A DNA stretch of 20,000 nucleotides. Source: an uncultured virus (IMG/VR IMGVR_UViG_3300027608_000025) (taxonomy: Duplodnaviria > Heunggongvirae > Uroviricota > Caudoviricetes). The stretch lies in the IMG/VR virus record IMGVR_UViG_3300027608_000025, one strand, 5' to 3'. The position numbers and the translations under genes were made by a program. Positions 1 to 7,779 of the stretch are shown here, piece by piece (within the stretch, counting starts at the first letter, position 1; every line of letters starts with the position of its first letter). The notes under the pieces are model-generated. The model was not told where the DNA came from. It was given only the letters and a program-made list of their open reading frames with translations, and searched no databases.

Positions 1-1
1 T

Positions 2-313
2 TTGATATTCTCTAGTTCCCGCAGCATCTGTGAATCTGCGTTCCCTCACATGCACTTTAGAAACAAACGTAGGATCACTGAGCCGCGACGTATCCATTTC
101 TAGGGCACTGATATAACAGCTGATCTTGGGCACAGACGGCATTTTATTTTCTGAATTTTCTTTGATGATAGCAGCTACCTGGCGTGCCTGGTCACCATAG
201 CTTACAGGCACACTGATCTCATCACCATTGCCAGCTTTGTATTTGAAGCCTATGAACACACGCATGAACTGTGTTACATAGCGTCTTATTTGTCCGTCAT
301 AGAAAAAATCCAT
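2..313 (-). CDS. Tail terminator / sheath stabiliser, T4 gp15-like (runs off the window edge; not in the ORF track)
   Basis: Manual translation from ATG at 313 gives MDFFYDGQIRRYVTQFMRVFIGFKYKAGNGDEISVPVSYGDQARQVAAIIKENSENKMPSVPKISCYI, open to the edge. It resembles the gp15 N-terminus (FY...RRY...F...VP+.Y...P+I). The start overlaps the upstream stop (TAATG). Confidence 0.75.
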   Translation of the reverse strand, partial: MDFFYDGQIRRYVTQFMRVFIGFKYKAGNGDEISVPVSYGDQARQVAAIIKENSENKMPSVPKISCYISALEMDTSRLSDPTFVSKVHVRERRFTDAAGTREYQ

Positions 314-1704
314 TATTCATCCGCCTGTGGTCTTAGAGCCTTGGTAAGGCTCTGCTTTTCTTTGGTCTCATGACCATCTATGGTAGTCACTGTGGTGTTG
401 TTGACAAACGTGGCCTTTTGTGTCTGACGAATATCTTTGCCAGCATAGGTACCACCTGCAGCCACATCACTGGCTCCGAGATTGTTCATGGTCATGCGCA
501 CATTGTCCTCAAATTTAGTCCAACGTCTGCCATCAAATCTAAACAGTCTGTTGGGTAGATAATCAGTCCTAAGAGCAAACTGCCCCACAGTGGGATTGAT
601 AGGAAATGCGATACCAGCAGTAAATGGAGCGCCGTTAGGCGGCAGGCCATCTCTGGTCAGATACCCGTTATAGCCGTCGCCGTCTGCAGACATAAGCATC
701 GAGCTTGCAGTCTGTCCTACGTAGACAGGATTGCCGTCTGCATCAAACAACGGTGTGCCATCTATGTCAGTGGCCTGTGTCTCAGCATCTACAGTCACAG
801 CAGTGGCATCTACCGAAGCAAGTTCCGCTGTGCCATCCTCTGCTCTCTGCAAGGTGTAGAACTTGCTGTTATCATATCCACTCTTAGGAGCATCAGCTTC
901 TGCTTGATTTAATACAGCTGACGTGATCTGCATTTCTTTGTTGTAGGTAGAGATGATATCTTTCAGCGTGTCAGCGATCACATAGTAGGTACCATTGGGA
1001 GGTGCAACTCCTGTTACTTCTTGGGTGACCTGATATTTCTTGCCATCTGCGCCTGTGACAATGTCTCCAGGATAGTAAGTGATATCAGCATTGTAGGAGC
1101 CTCGGTCGGAGTCTGTGTTGGCTATGCCGTCTAAGATCTGTTTATATTCTTGGCTGTCTACCAATGGTTTGCATTTGGCTCTGTACAGATGCGGATACCA
1201 TGTCACAGAAAATCCTTCTGCTGCTCTGCTTACTTCTTCGATGACATAAAATCTTTTCAGCGCATACTGAAGATCGTTCAACGCATATTCATCTGTGAGG
1301 TGCGGCAGTTCTATCACATCACCTGCGATGATTTTACGACCTATCTTTTCCACAGTGTCGTTGATGTGGAACGTAATAAAAATAGTATCGTTCTGTAGAA
1401 ACAGTCCAAATTGGCTGAGATTGAAATCTATGTCTGAGAGATTATACACCCCCCTAAGCAGATAAATGTCGGGATCATATTTGCGATCTCGATTTTCTAA
1501 GAACAATAGATCCTGTATGTTAAAGGGATCGTCTGTGTTGTACGTGGGCGTCGAAGGAGTGTTGCCCTGCACAGCGGTATCGGGCCCAAGATATTTGTGC
1601 ACCAGCACATCCGTGCCGCCAACCTGGAACATTTCCCAGATGGTTTTATCTATAAATCGGTAATCATTGCCCTTTTGGGGCCGGTAGAGACTGAGTCTTG
1701 GCAT
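313..1704 (-). CDS. Neck / head-closure protein, T4 gp14-like, with extra domains (about 463 aa)
   Basis: Long ORF. The N-terminal ~200 aa (D.LFLE..DR.Y, FGL...D...+T+H, GD+I.LP, F...W...LY...C) resemble gp14-type neck proteins, and the gene lies between gp13-like and gp15-like genes. Start moved to ATG 1704 (alternative 1710), downstream of the minus-strand TAAATA box. Confidence 0.6.
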   Translation of the reverse strand: MPRLSLYRPQKGNDYRFIDKTIWEMFQVGGTDVLVHKYLGPDTAVQGNTPSTPTYNTDDPFNIQDLLFLENRDRKYDPDIYLLRGVYNLSDIDFNLSQFGLFLQNDTIFITFHINDTVEKIGRKIIAGDVIELPHLTDEYALNDLQYALKRFYVIEEVSRAAEGFSVTWYPHLYRAKCKPLVDSQEYKQILDGIANTDSDRGSYNADITYYPGDIVTGADGKKYQVTQEVTGVAPPNGTYYVIADTLKDIISTYNKEMQITSAVLNQAEADAPKSGYDNSKFYTLQRAEDGTAELASVDATAVTVDAETQATDIDGTPLFDADGNPVYVGQTASSMLMSADGDGYNGYLTRDGLPPNGAPFTAGIAFPINPTVGQFALRTDYLPNRLFRFDGRRWTKFEDNVRMTMNNLGASDVAAGGTYAGKDIRQTQKATFVNNTTVTTIDGHETKEKQSLTKALRPQADE

Positions 1705-1711
1705 AGTCATA

Positions 1712-1717
1712 TATTTA
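1712..1717 (-). promoter_or_regulatory. Late-promoter-like box (G)TAAATA for the gp14/gp15-like genes
   Basis: Reverse complement reads GGTAAATA-TATGACT-ATG; back-to-back with the plus-strand box at 1727. Confidence 0.6.
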
Positions 1718-1726
1718 CCGCTACGA

Positions 1727-1732
1727 TAAATA
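1727..1732 (+). promoter_or_regulatory. Late-promoter-like box (GA)TAAATA, 5 nt before the ATG
   Basis: GATAAATA-CTATC-ATG(1738), no SD. Confidence 0.75.
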
Positions 1733-1737
1733 CTATC

Positions 1738-2496
1738 ATGAGCACAACTGATCAAGCAAAACAACAGGTTTTTGACTACTGCAAGGCCATGCTGGGTGAC
1801 GGCATGATCGACATAGAACTAGACCCTATACACTACGAAACCGCACTGAATCGCAGTCTAGCTGTGTTTAGGCAGCGCAGTGATAACGCTGTAGAGGAAA
1901 GTTATTGTTTTCTCACACTAACTGAAAGCAACAACGAATATATCCTTCCTAAAGAAATACAACAGGTTAGACAGATATTCCGTCGTTCAGTGGGATCTAG
2001 AACGGGCAATGGCACAGGTGGAACGGTGTTTGAACCGTTCAATTTAGCCTATTCCAATACCTATCTGTTAAGCTCGACTAACATGGGCGGATTAGCTACC
2101 TATGAACTGTTTGCACAATATCAGGAACTGGTGGGCAAAATGTTCGGCTCCTTTATCAACTTCACATGGCACCCACAGAGCCATAAGCTGATCATACATC
2201 AACGTCCTAGAGGCGAAGAGTCTGTGATGCTACAGGTCTATAATACCAAACCCGACTTCGCTATCATAGATGATGTGTATTCTGGGCAGTGGATCAAGGA
2301 CTATACCTTGGCCAACTGCAAGATGATGCTGGGCCAAGCACGTGAAAAATTCGCACAGATCGCAGGACCACAGGGTGGTTCGGGGCTCAACGGTGCTGCT
2401 ATGAAAACTGAAGCTGCCGCAGAAATGGAAAAACTAGTGGATGACCTAATGAAGCTAGTGCCCGGCGGTTCAGGGTATTCTTGGATAATTGGCTAA
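1738..2496 (+). CDS. Neck protein, T4 gp13-like (252 aa)
   Basis: N-terminal DYCKAMLGDGMIDIELDPIHYETALNRSL and C-terminal WIKDYTLANCKMMLGQAREKF...GPQGG..LNG match the gp13 pattern. Start corrected from 1597 to 1738. Confidence 0.8.
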   Translation: MSTTDQAKQQVFDYCKAMLGDGMIDIELDPIHYETALNRSLAVFRQRSDNAVEESYCFLTLTESNNEYILPKEIQQVRQIFRRSVGSRTGNGTGGTVFEPFNLAYSNTYLLSSTNMGGLATYELFAQYQELVGKMFGSFINFTWHPQSHKLIIHQRPRGEESVMLQVYNTKPDFAIIDDVYSGQWIKDYTLANCKMMLGQAREKFAQIAGPQGGSGLNGAAMKTEAAAEMEKLVDDLMKLVPGGSGYSWIIG

Positions 2497-2502
2497 AAAT
2501 TC

Positions 2503-2531
2503 TTGACTCTTTGATTATTCTATAGTATACT
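2503..2531 (+). promoter_or_regulatory. Sigma70-type (early) promoter for the dNMP kinase
   Basis: TTGACT (2503-2508), 17-nt spacer, TATACT (2526-2531); SD TAAGGAG at 2539-2545. Confidence 0.75.
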
Positions 2532-2551
2532 GTCTTTGTAAGGAGACATTT

Positions 2552-3223
2552 ATGATTATAGGAGTATGTGGTTTTATTGGCAGCGGCAAGGACACCGTCG
2601 CAGACTATCTGGTTAACTTCCACGAATTTAGACGAGAATCATTTGCCAGCACACTGAAAGATGCTGTGGCAGCCGTATTTGGTTGGGACAGAACCATGTT
2701 GGAAGGTCGTACTAAAGCAGCTCGTGAGTGGCGCGAACAGGTAGATCCATGGTGGGCCAAACGCTTAGATATGCCTACGCTAACCCCTCGATGGGTCTTG
2801 CAATACTGGGGCACAGAAGTCTGTAGAAAATCCTTCCACGATGATATCTGGATAGCCAGTTTAGAAAACAAACTGCGAAATTCACAGGATCATGTGGTAA
2901 TCTCAGACTGCCGTTTTCCTAATGAAATTGCCAGCATACGCAATGCGGGCGGTAAAATCATTTGGGTGCAACGTGGTGCGTTACCCGAGTGGTATGATAC
3001 CGCAGTGGCAGCTAATCAAGGCTATAATTGGGCTCATCAAGATCTCAAGATGCGAAAGATACACGCTTCAGAGACTGCTTGGGTGGGCACAGAGTTTGAT
3101 CATATCTTGATCAACGATCACAGCATAGACGAGCTCTACGATACTGTGAGATCAATAATCAGCAACGAGATCACCTTGACGCCAAGTGACTCCTTCTTTG
3201 CTCAGAACGCCAGCACAGTTTAG
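2552..3223 (+). CDS. Deoxynucleoside monophosphate kinase (T4 gp1-like)
   Basis: P-loop GFIGSGKDT, plus SFASTLKD, TPRWVLQYWGTEVCR, VISDCRFPNE and HASE motifs; strong SD. Confidence 0.9.
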   Translation: MIIGVCGFIGSGKDTVADYLVNFHEFRRESFASTLKDAVAAVFGWDRTMLEGRTKAAREWREQVDPWWAKRLDMPTLTPRWVLQYWGTEVCRKSFHDDIWIASLENKLRNSQDHVVISDCRFPNEIASIRNAGGKIIWVQRGALPEWYDTAVAANQGYNWAHQDLKMRKIHASETAWVGTEFDHILINDHSIDELYDTVRSIISNEITLTPSDSFFAQNASTV

Positions 3224-3487
3224 ACATATGGTTTTAAGATTCGCAGCTCGGCAGTTGTCTAAATTGCCGTCCATGTGAAACACTCTAAAAACTTCCGCAT
3301 GCGGAGAACGAAACCCGCATTTTTCACACTGCGATTTCATTCTATAGCCACTGCGCAACCATCGTGGCACTCCTGTGTATAACCCATGAGCCATACAGAT
3401 TTCACAGAGACTTCTATAATAGGTCTTGGAATTTTTCTTATAGTTCACAGCACAGGGTCTTGCACCGCACTTGCATAGTGGTCTCAT
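3152..3487 (-). CDS. Zn-finger / HNH-like protein, apparently degenerate active site (111 aa)
   Basis: CKC, CEIC, CEKC and CLNC pairs, plus VFHMDGNLDNCRAANLKTICLNC, an HNH-type ββα-Me pattern. Start set to ATG 3487, 5 nt after TAAATA. Confidence 0.7.
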   Translation of the reverse strand: MRPLCKCGARPCAVNYKKNSKTYYRSLCEICMAHGLYTGVPRWLRSGYRMKSQCEKCGFRSPHAEVFRVFHMDGNLDNCRAANLKTICLNCAGVLSKEGVTWRQGDLVADY

Positions 3488-3492
3488 ACAGA

Positions 3493-3498
3493 TATTTA
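3493..3498 (-). promoter_or_regulatory. Late-promoter-like box TAAATA, 5 nt before the HNH-like gene ATG
   Basis: Reverse complement GTTAAATA-TCTGT-ATG. Confidence 0.7.
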
Positions 3499-3563
3499 AC
3501 GCTTCTGTACCTTTTGCGCCCCTTTTGATTGGCACGTAATCATCCATTTTTACTTGATACAGC

Positions 3564-3592
3564 TAAATATTATGAGCAACTATTACCAGGAG
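3564..3592 (+). promoter_or_regulatory. Late-promoter-like box plus SD for the tail sheath
   Basis: GCTAAATA (TAAATA at 3564-3569), then AGGAG at 3588-3592, 8 nt before ATG 3601. Confidence 0.65.
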
Positions 3593-3600
3593 AAAATGGG

Positions 3601-6600
3601 ATGGCACTACAATCACCAGGCGTACAAGTTACGGTAATCGACGAGAGTTTTTATACACCAGCAGAACCTGGTACCACACCTCTTATCGTAGTAGCAACAG
3701 CGCAAGATAAAACCAATGGTGCAGGCACAGGCACTGCATTAGGTACCACAGCGGCCAATGCTGGCAAGGCCTTTAAGATAACCAGCCAGCGAGAACTTAC
3801 AGAAACATTCGGCGTTCCATTCTTTGAGAAAACAGCCAGTGCTACTCCTGTACATGGTTCAGAGCGCAACGAATACGGACTGCTTACAGCCTACAGTTTA
3901 TTGGGTGTAAGCAATGCTGCTTTTATCGTAAGAGCAGATGTCGACCTAGACGAACTAGAAGCACAGACTGACGCCCCGGGAGCGAATCCCACAAACGGCC
4001 AGTGGTGGATTGATACGCAGGCCACAACCTGGGGTATCCAAGAGTGGAATGGTGCCGCTGCAACAGTAGCAGGCGGCCAGAAATTCACATATAAAGTGCC
4101 AATCGTACTCACAGACGCAGACTATCCTTCAAAAATTGTTCTTAATGGCAACGCCCCAAAAGAAGGAGTAGGCAAGATTGGTGACTATGCTGTGGTTTTC
4201 CGCACAGTGGAAGGTGACACTAGTTTTGGTGCAGAAGAAGAATATGCTAGAATCTATTACAAGAGTCCCGGTGCTCCAGCGTCTGCTGGTGGCAATGTAG
4301 CTGCGGTTGATGCAGGCGAATGGGTTCTAGTTGGATCTAACGAATGGCAGTCTAGCTGGCCTACAGTTAGCGGGACAGCAGTTAATACTTCAGTGACTTA
4401 TGATTTTTATATAAACAACAGTTTGGTCACTGGTACAGGAACTATTACGCAAGTGGCCTCAGCTATTAACTCTGGCAGTATTGAAGGAGTCAGCGCCCAG
4501 GCCATCAGCGGTAGATTGTACATTTACTCCAATGGTGAAACAAGCGCCACCGACGACTCAACCGGAGCAGATGGCAGAATTGTAATAGCGGTTGGAACAT
4601 CTCCTTTAAGTAATGTTGGATTGACAGCAGGAACATATCTCAATCCTCGTCTAGCACAACAACCCCATACATCAATACCTGCGTTCAAACTTGCAGATAA
4701 TGCCGGAACGGTAGGCGGAGCAGCCACTGGCAGTGTGTGGGTCAAAACCACCGAACCCAATAACGGCGCTCGTTTGAGAGCCAAACGTTGGAGCTCAGCC
4801 ACACTGTCATGGGTCAGCTATGAAGCACCTATCTATGACACCACCTCAGCAGCTCTGTACTATCTAGATCGCAGCGGAGGCGGTGCAGGTATTGCAGAAG
4901 ATGCATTATTCACACAGTCAAATGCCAAAGAAACATCTGGTCTTGACACAACACCTGCTACAGCAACATTTAGATTATGGCGTAGAAATATTGCTGTAGG
5001 TTCAGCTACCAGCATCACCAGCAATATAATTAAAAACGGCACATTGGGATCATCAGGTACCAAAACATTTACCATCAGTGAATCACTGAAAACCACACTT
5101 GCCCTAGACACTGCGAAAACAATTACATTTACAGCAGTCAATACCAGCGCAGATGCAGAACTAATGGCTGCGGCTATTAACGCAGCTGGATTTACCAACA
5201 TTGTGGCTTCTGTTACAGCAGTCAGCCTTACATCTAACAGATTAATTATCAGTCACACACTAGGTGGAGATTTTAGACTAGTAGATACAGTAAGCACCGC
5301 AGTGGCCAGTATGTTTACTGCTTACAACATAGACACACTAGCAGGCACAGAAAACTTCTACGCTGCAGAATCTGCAGTAGGAGGCTACCTAGCTTCTGGT
5401 TGGAAGCCACTAGCAGCCTCGGATCCAAGATTTGCTGCTTCTCCAGATGCTCCGTTGAACGAGCCACAGGACGGTCAGTTATGGTATAATCCGAACTTCT
5501 CAGAAGTTGATCTAATGGTGCACAATGGTAATACATGGGTTGGATATCGTCATTCGACAGCACCGTACTATGAAGCAGCCACAGCAACATTGAGAAACGG
5601 ATATCTGCCTATAGTGTCAGCTTCAAATCCCTACAAGGCCAGCGTAACTGCCAATGGTGATATATGGATCAGCACAGCGGATCTTGAAAATTATCCTACC
5701 ATTTACAGATACAACACCAACTTGAGTGATGTACCTGATCTTGCACAGCGTTGGGAACTGGTAGACAAAGCAGACGATACCACAGAAGAAGGTGTGTTGT
5801 TTGCAGATGCACGTTGGAATACCGCAGGTACTTCAACAGTGGCCAGCACCATAGAAGACCTAATTACCAACAACTTCTTAGATCCAGACGCTCCGGATCC
5901 TGCACTATATCCTAAGGGTATGCTGTTATGGAACCTACGCCGCAGCGGAGGTAACGTCAAACAGTATCAAAACAGCTACATTGATACTACCGCTGATAAT
6001 CCAAGAACCAGTGCAGCTACACTAGCAGGTTCAGCATTTGTCAGCGGCAGCGGTGAAAGCATGGAAACCTATGCCACAGACCGTTGGACCACAGCTTCAG
6101 GCAACAACGAAGATGGCTCAGGATCATTTGGTCGCAAAGCACAGCGCAAGGTTGTAACACAGGCCTTGAAGAGTGTAGTTGATACCAGTCAAGAGATCCG
6201 TGACGAAGAACGCCGCAATTTCAACATCATAGCTGCTCCTGGTTATCCAGAACTGTTGAGCAATCTAGTGAATCTAAACATCGATCGCGGTGTTACAGCG
6301 TTCGTGGTTGGCGACACACCGTTGAGACTACCTTCAGATGCCACAAGTTTAACCACATGGGGTACTAATGCTAACCTAGTCACAGACAACGGTGACGATG
6401 GTGTTGTTACATATGATGAGTATTTGGCGGTTTATTATCCAAACGGATTCACCACTGATCTCAGCGGTTCGCCTGCAGTGGTTCCAGCTAGCCACATGAT
6501 GCTGAAGACCATCACACTCAGTGACAACGTCAGCTTCCCATGGTTTGCACCAGCAGGAACACGTCGAGGTGGTATTACTAATGCAACAGCAGTGGGTTAT

Positions 6601-7065
6601 ATTGACGCTGCCACAGGTGAATTCCAAACTGTAGCTCTAAACGAAGGACAGCGTGATACATTGTATGATCTTAAGATCAATCCAATTCCATTCTTCAACG
6701 GAATAGGATTAGTAGCACACGGACAAAAGACTCGCGCAAGAAACGCTTCAGCATTGGATCGTATCAATGTAGCACGTTTAGTGGTATATCTACGCAGCCA
6801 GTTGAACAAGCTAGCTCGTCCGTATATCTTTGAACCCAATGATAAAATCACACGTGATGAAATCAAACAAGCTGTAGATAGTCTATTGTTAGAACTAGTA
6901 GGACTAAGAGCACTCTACGACTTTGCGGTTGTCTGTGACGAAAGCAACAACACACCTGCAAGGATAGATCGCAACGAACTGTATGTTGATATTGCAATTG
7001 AACCCGTGAAGGCGATTGAGTTCATTTACATTCCGTTACGTGTCAAGAACACAGGAGAAATTTAA
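3601..7065 (+). CDS. Contractile tail sheath protein (T4 gp18-like), enlarged to 1154 aa
   Basis: N-terminal MALQSPGVQVTVIDES; C-terminal PWFAPAGTRRG, LYDLKINPI, GQKT, ALDRINVARL, FEPND, VVCDESNNTPARIDRNELYVDIAIEPVKAIEFIYI are hallmark sheath motifs. Start corrected to 3601 using the SD. Confidence 0.95.
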   Translation: MALQSPGVQVTVIDESFYTPAEPGTTPLIVVATAQDKTNGAGTGTALGTTAANAGKAFKITSQRELTETFGVPFFEKTASATPVHGSERNEYGLLTAYSLLGVSNAAFIVRADVDLDELEAQTDAPGANPTNGQWWIDTQATTWGIQEWNGAAATVAGGQKFTYKVPIVLTDADYPSKIVLNGNAPKEGVGKIGDYAVVFRTVEGDTSFGAEEEYARIYYKSPGAPASAGGNVAAVDAGEWVLVGSNEWQSSWPTVSGTAVNTSVTYDFYINNSLVTGTGTITQVASAINSGSIEGVSAQAISGRLYIYSNGETSATDDSTGADGRIVIAVGTSPLSNVGLTAGTYLNPRLAQQPHTSIPAFKLADNAGTVGGAATGSVWVKTTEPNNGARLRAKRWSSATLSWVSYEAPIYDTTSAALYYLDRSGGGAGIAEDALFTQSNAKETSGLDTTPATATFRLWRRNIAVGSATSITSNIIKNGTLGSSGTKTFTISESLKTTLALDTAKTITFTAVNTSADAELMAAAINAAGFTNIVASVTAVSLTSNRLIISHTLGGDFRLVDTVSTAVASMFTAYNIDTLAGTENFYAAESAVGGYLASGWKPLAASDPRFAASPDAPLNEPQDGQLWYNPNFSEVDLMVHNGNTWVGYRHSTAPYYEAATATLRNGYLPIVSASNPYKASVTANGDIWISTADLENYPTIYRYNTNLSDVPDLAQRWELVDKADDTTEEGVLFADARWNTAGTSTVASTIEDLITNNFLDPDAPDPALYPKGMLLWNLRRSGGNVKQYQNSYIDTTADNPRTSAATLAGSAFVSGSGESMETYATDRWTTASGNNEDGSGSFGRKAQRKVVTQALKSVVDTSQEIRDEERRNFNIIAAPGYPELLSNLVNLNIDRGVTAFVVGDTPLRLPSDATSLTTWGTNANLVTDNGDDGVVTYDEYLAVYYPNGFTTDLSGSPAVVPASHMMLKTITLSDNVSFPWFAPAGTRRGGITNATAVGYIDAATGEFQTVALNEGQRDTLYDLKINPIPFFNGIGLVAHGQKTRARNASALDRINVARLVVYLRSQLNKLARPYIFEPNDKITRDEIKQAVDSLLLELVGLRALYDFAVVCDESNNTPARIDRNELYVDIAIEPVKAIEFIYIPLRVKNTGEI

Positions 7066-7067
7066 AA

Positions 7068-7718
7068 ATGGCAATTACATCACTGAATAATTTAGGTATT
7101 CCAACAACTAACGCAGCTGGCAGCACACAAGTGCTGTTGATGCCTAAATTAAAATATCGCTTTAGGGTTACATTGTTGGGTTTTGGAGTTGCCGCTGCCA
7201 CAGAACTTACCAAGCAGGTACAGGACGTGACTAGACCCAAGGTGTCATTTGAAGAAATGACCTTAGACATCTATAATTCCAAAGTCAAACTGGCCGGAAG
7301 ATATACCCTGGAAAATATTACATTGACCTTACGTGATGATGCCAGCGGTCAAGTGCAAAAACTTGTGGGACAACAGATCCAGAAACAATACGATTTCATG
7401 GAACAGGCATCTGCTCGTTCAGGTATCGACTATAAATTTACCACACGCATTGAAGTCTTAGACGGTGGTAACGGCGCTTTGGTTCCTTCAACTCTAGAAA
7501 CATTCGAACTATATGGATGCTTTGTTCAGAACGCAGACTACGGTGATGCCAACTATTCTACCAATGAACATATGACGGTGGCATTGACGCTCGCCTACGA
7601 TAATTTGGTTCAGTTCGCAGCAGGCGCAGCATCTACTAGCCCGATTGGTGGTATTGGTGCAGCAGTAGGACGCTCTCTTGGTGCAGCCGTAACTGGTGCA
7701 TCAACTACACAGGGTTAA
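7068..7718 (+). CDS. Tail tube protein (T4 gp19-like)
   Basis: Directly follows the sheath; YRFRV, RPKVSFEE, AGRYTLENITLTLRDD, FELYGCF and VALTLAYD fit the tube fold; SD AGGAG upstream. Confidence 0.88.
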   Translation: MAITSLNNLGIPTTNAAGSTQVLLMPKLKYRFRVTLLGFGVAAATELTKQVQDVTRPKVSFEEMTLDIYNSKVKLAGRYTLENITLTLRDDASGQVQKLVGQQIQKQYDFMEQASARSGIDYKFTTRIEVLDGGNGALVPSTLETFELYGCFVQNADYGDANYSTNEHMTVALTLAYDNLVQFAAGAASTSPIGGIGAAVGRSLGAAVTGASTTQG

Positions 7719-7735
7719 TTGAACCTATAATCAAG

Positions 7736-7762
7736 AAAAGCTCGATTATTCGAGCTTTTTTT
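7736..7762 (+). terminator. Intrinsic terminator after sheath-tube
   Basis: AAAAGCTCGA-TTAT-TCGAGCTTTT hairpin with a T7 tract; the A-tract on the 5' side suggests it may work in both directions. Confidence 0.85.
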
Positions 7763-7768
7763 GTGACA

Positions 7769-7774
7769 TAAATA
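7769..7774 (+). promoter_or_regulatory. Late-promoter-like box, 5 nt before the ATG
   Basis: CATAAATA-TTTGT-ATG(7780), immediately after the terminator; no SD. Confidence 0.75.
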
Positions 7775-7779
7775 TTTGT

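Noticed and set aside
1597..1764. Apparent head-to-head overlap of the 313..1764 and 1597..2496 ORFs
   Set aside because: Artefact of longest-ORF start calling; the likely starts at 1704/1710 and 1738 leave a short gap holding the promoter boxes. The same applies to listed starts 3529, 3547, 13850 and 16909.
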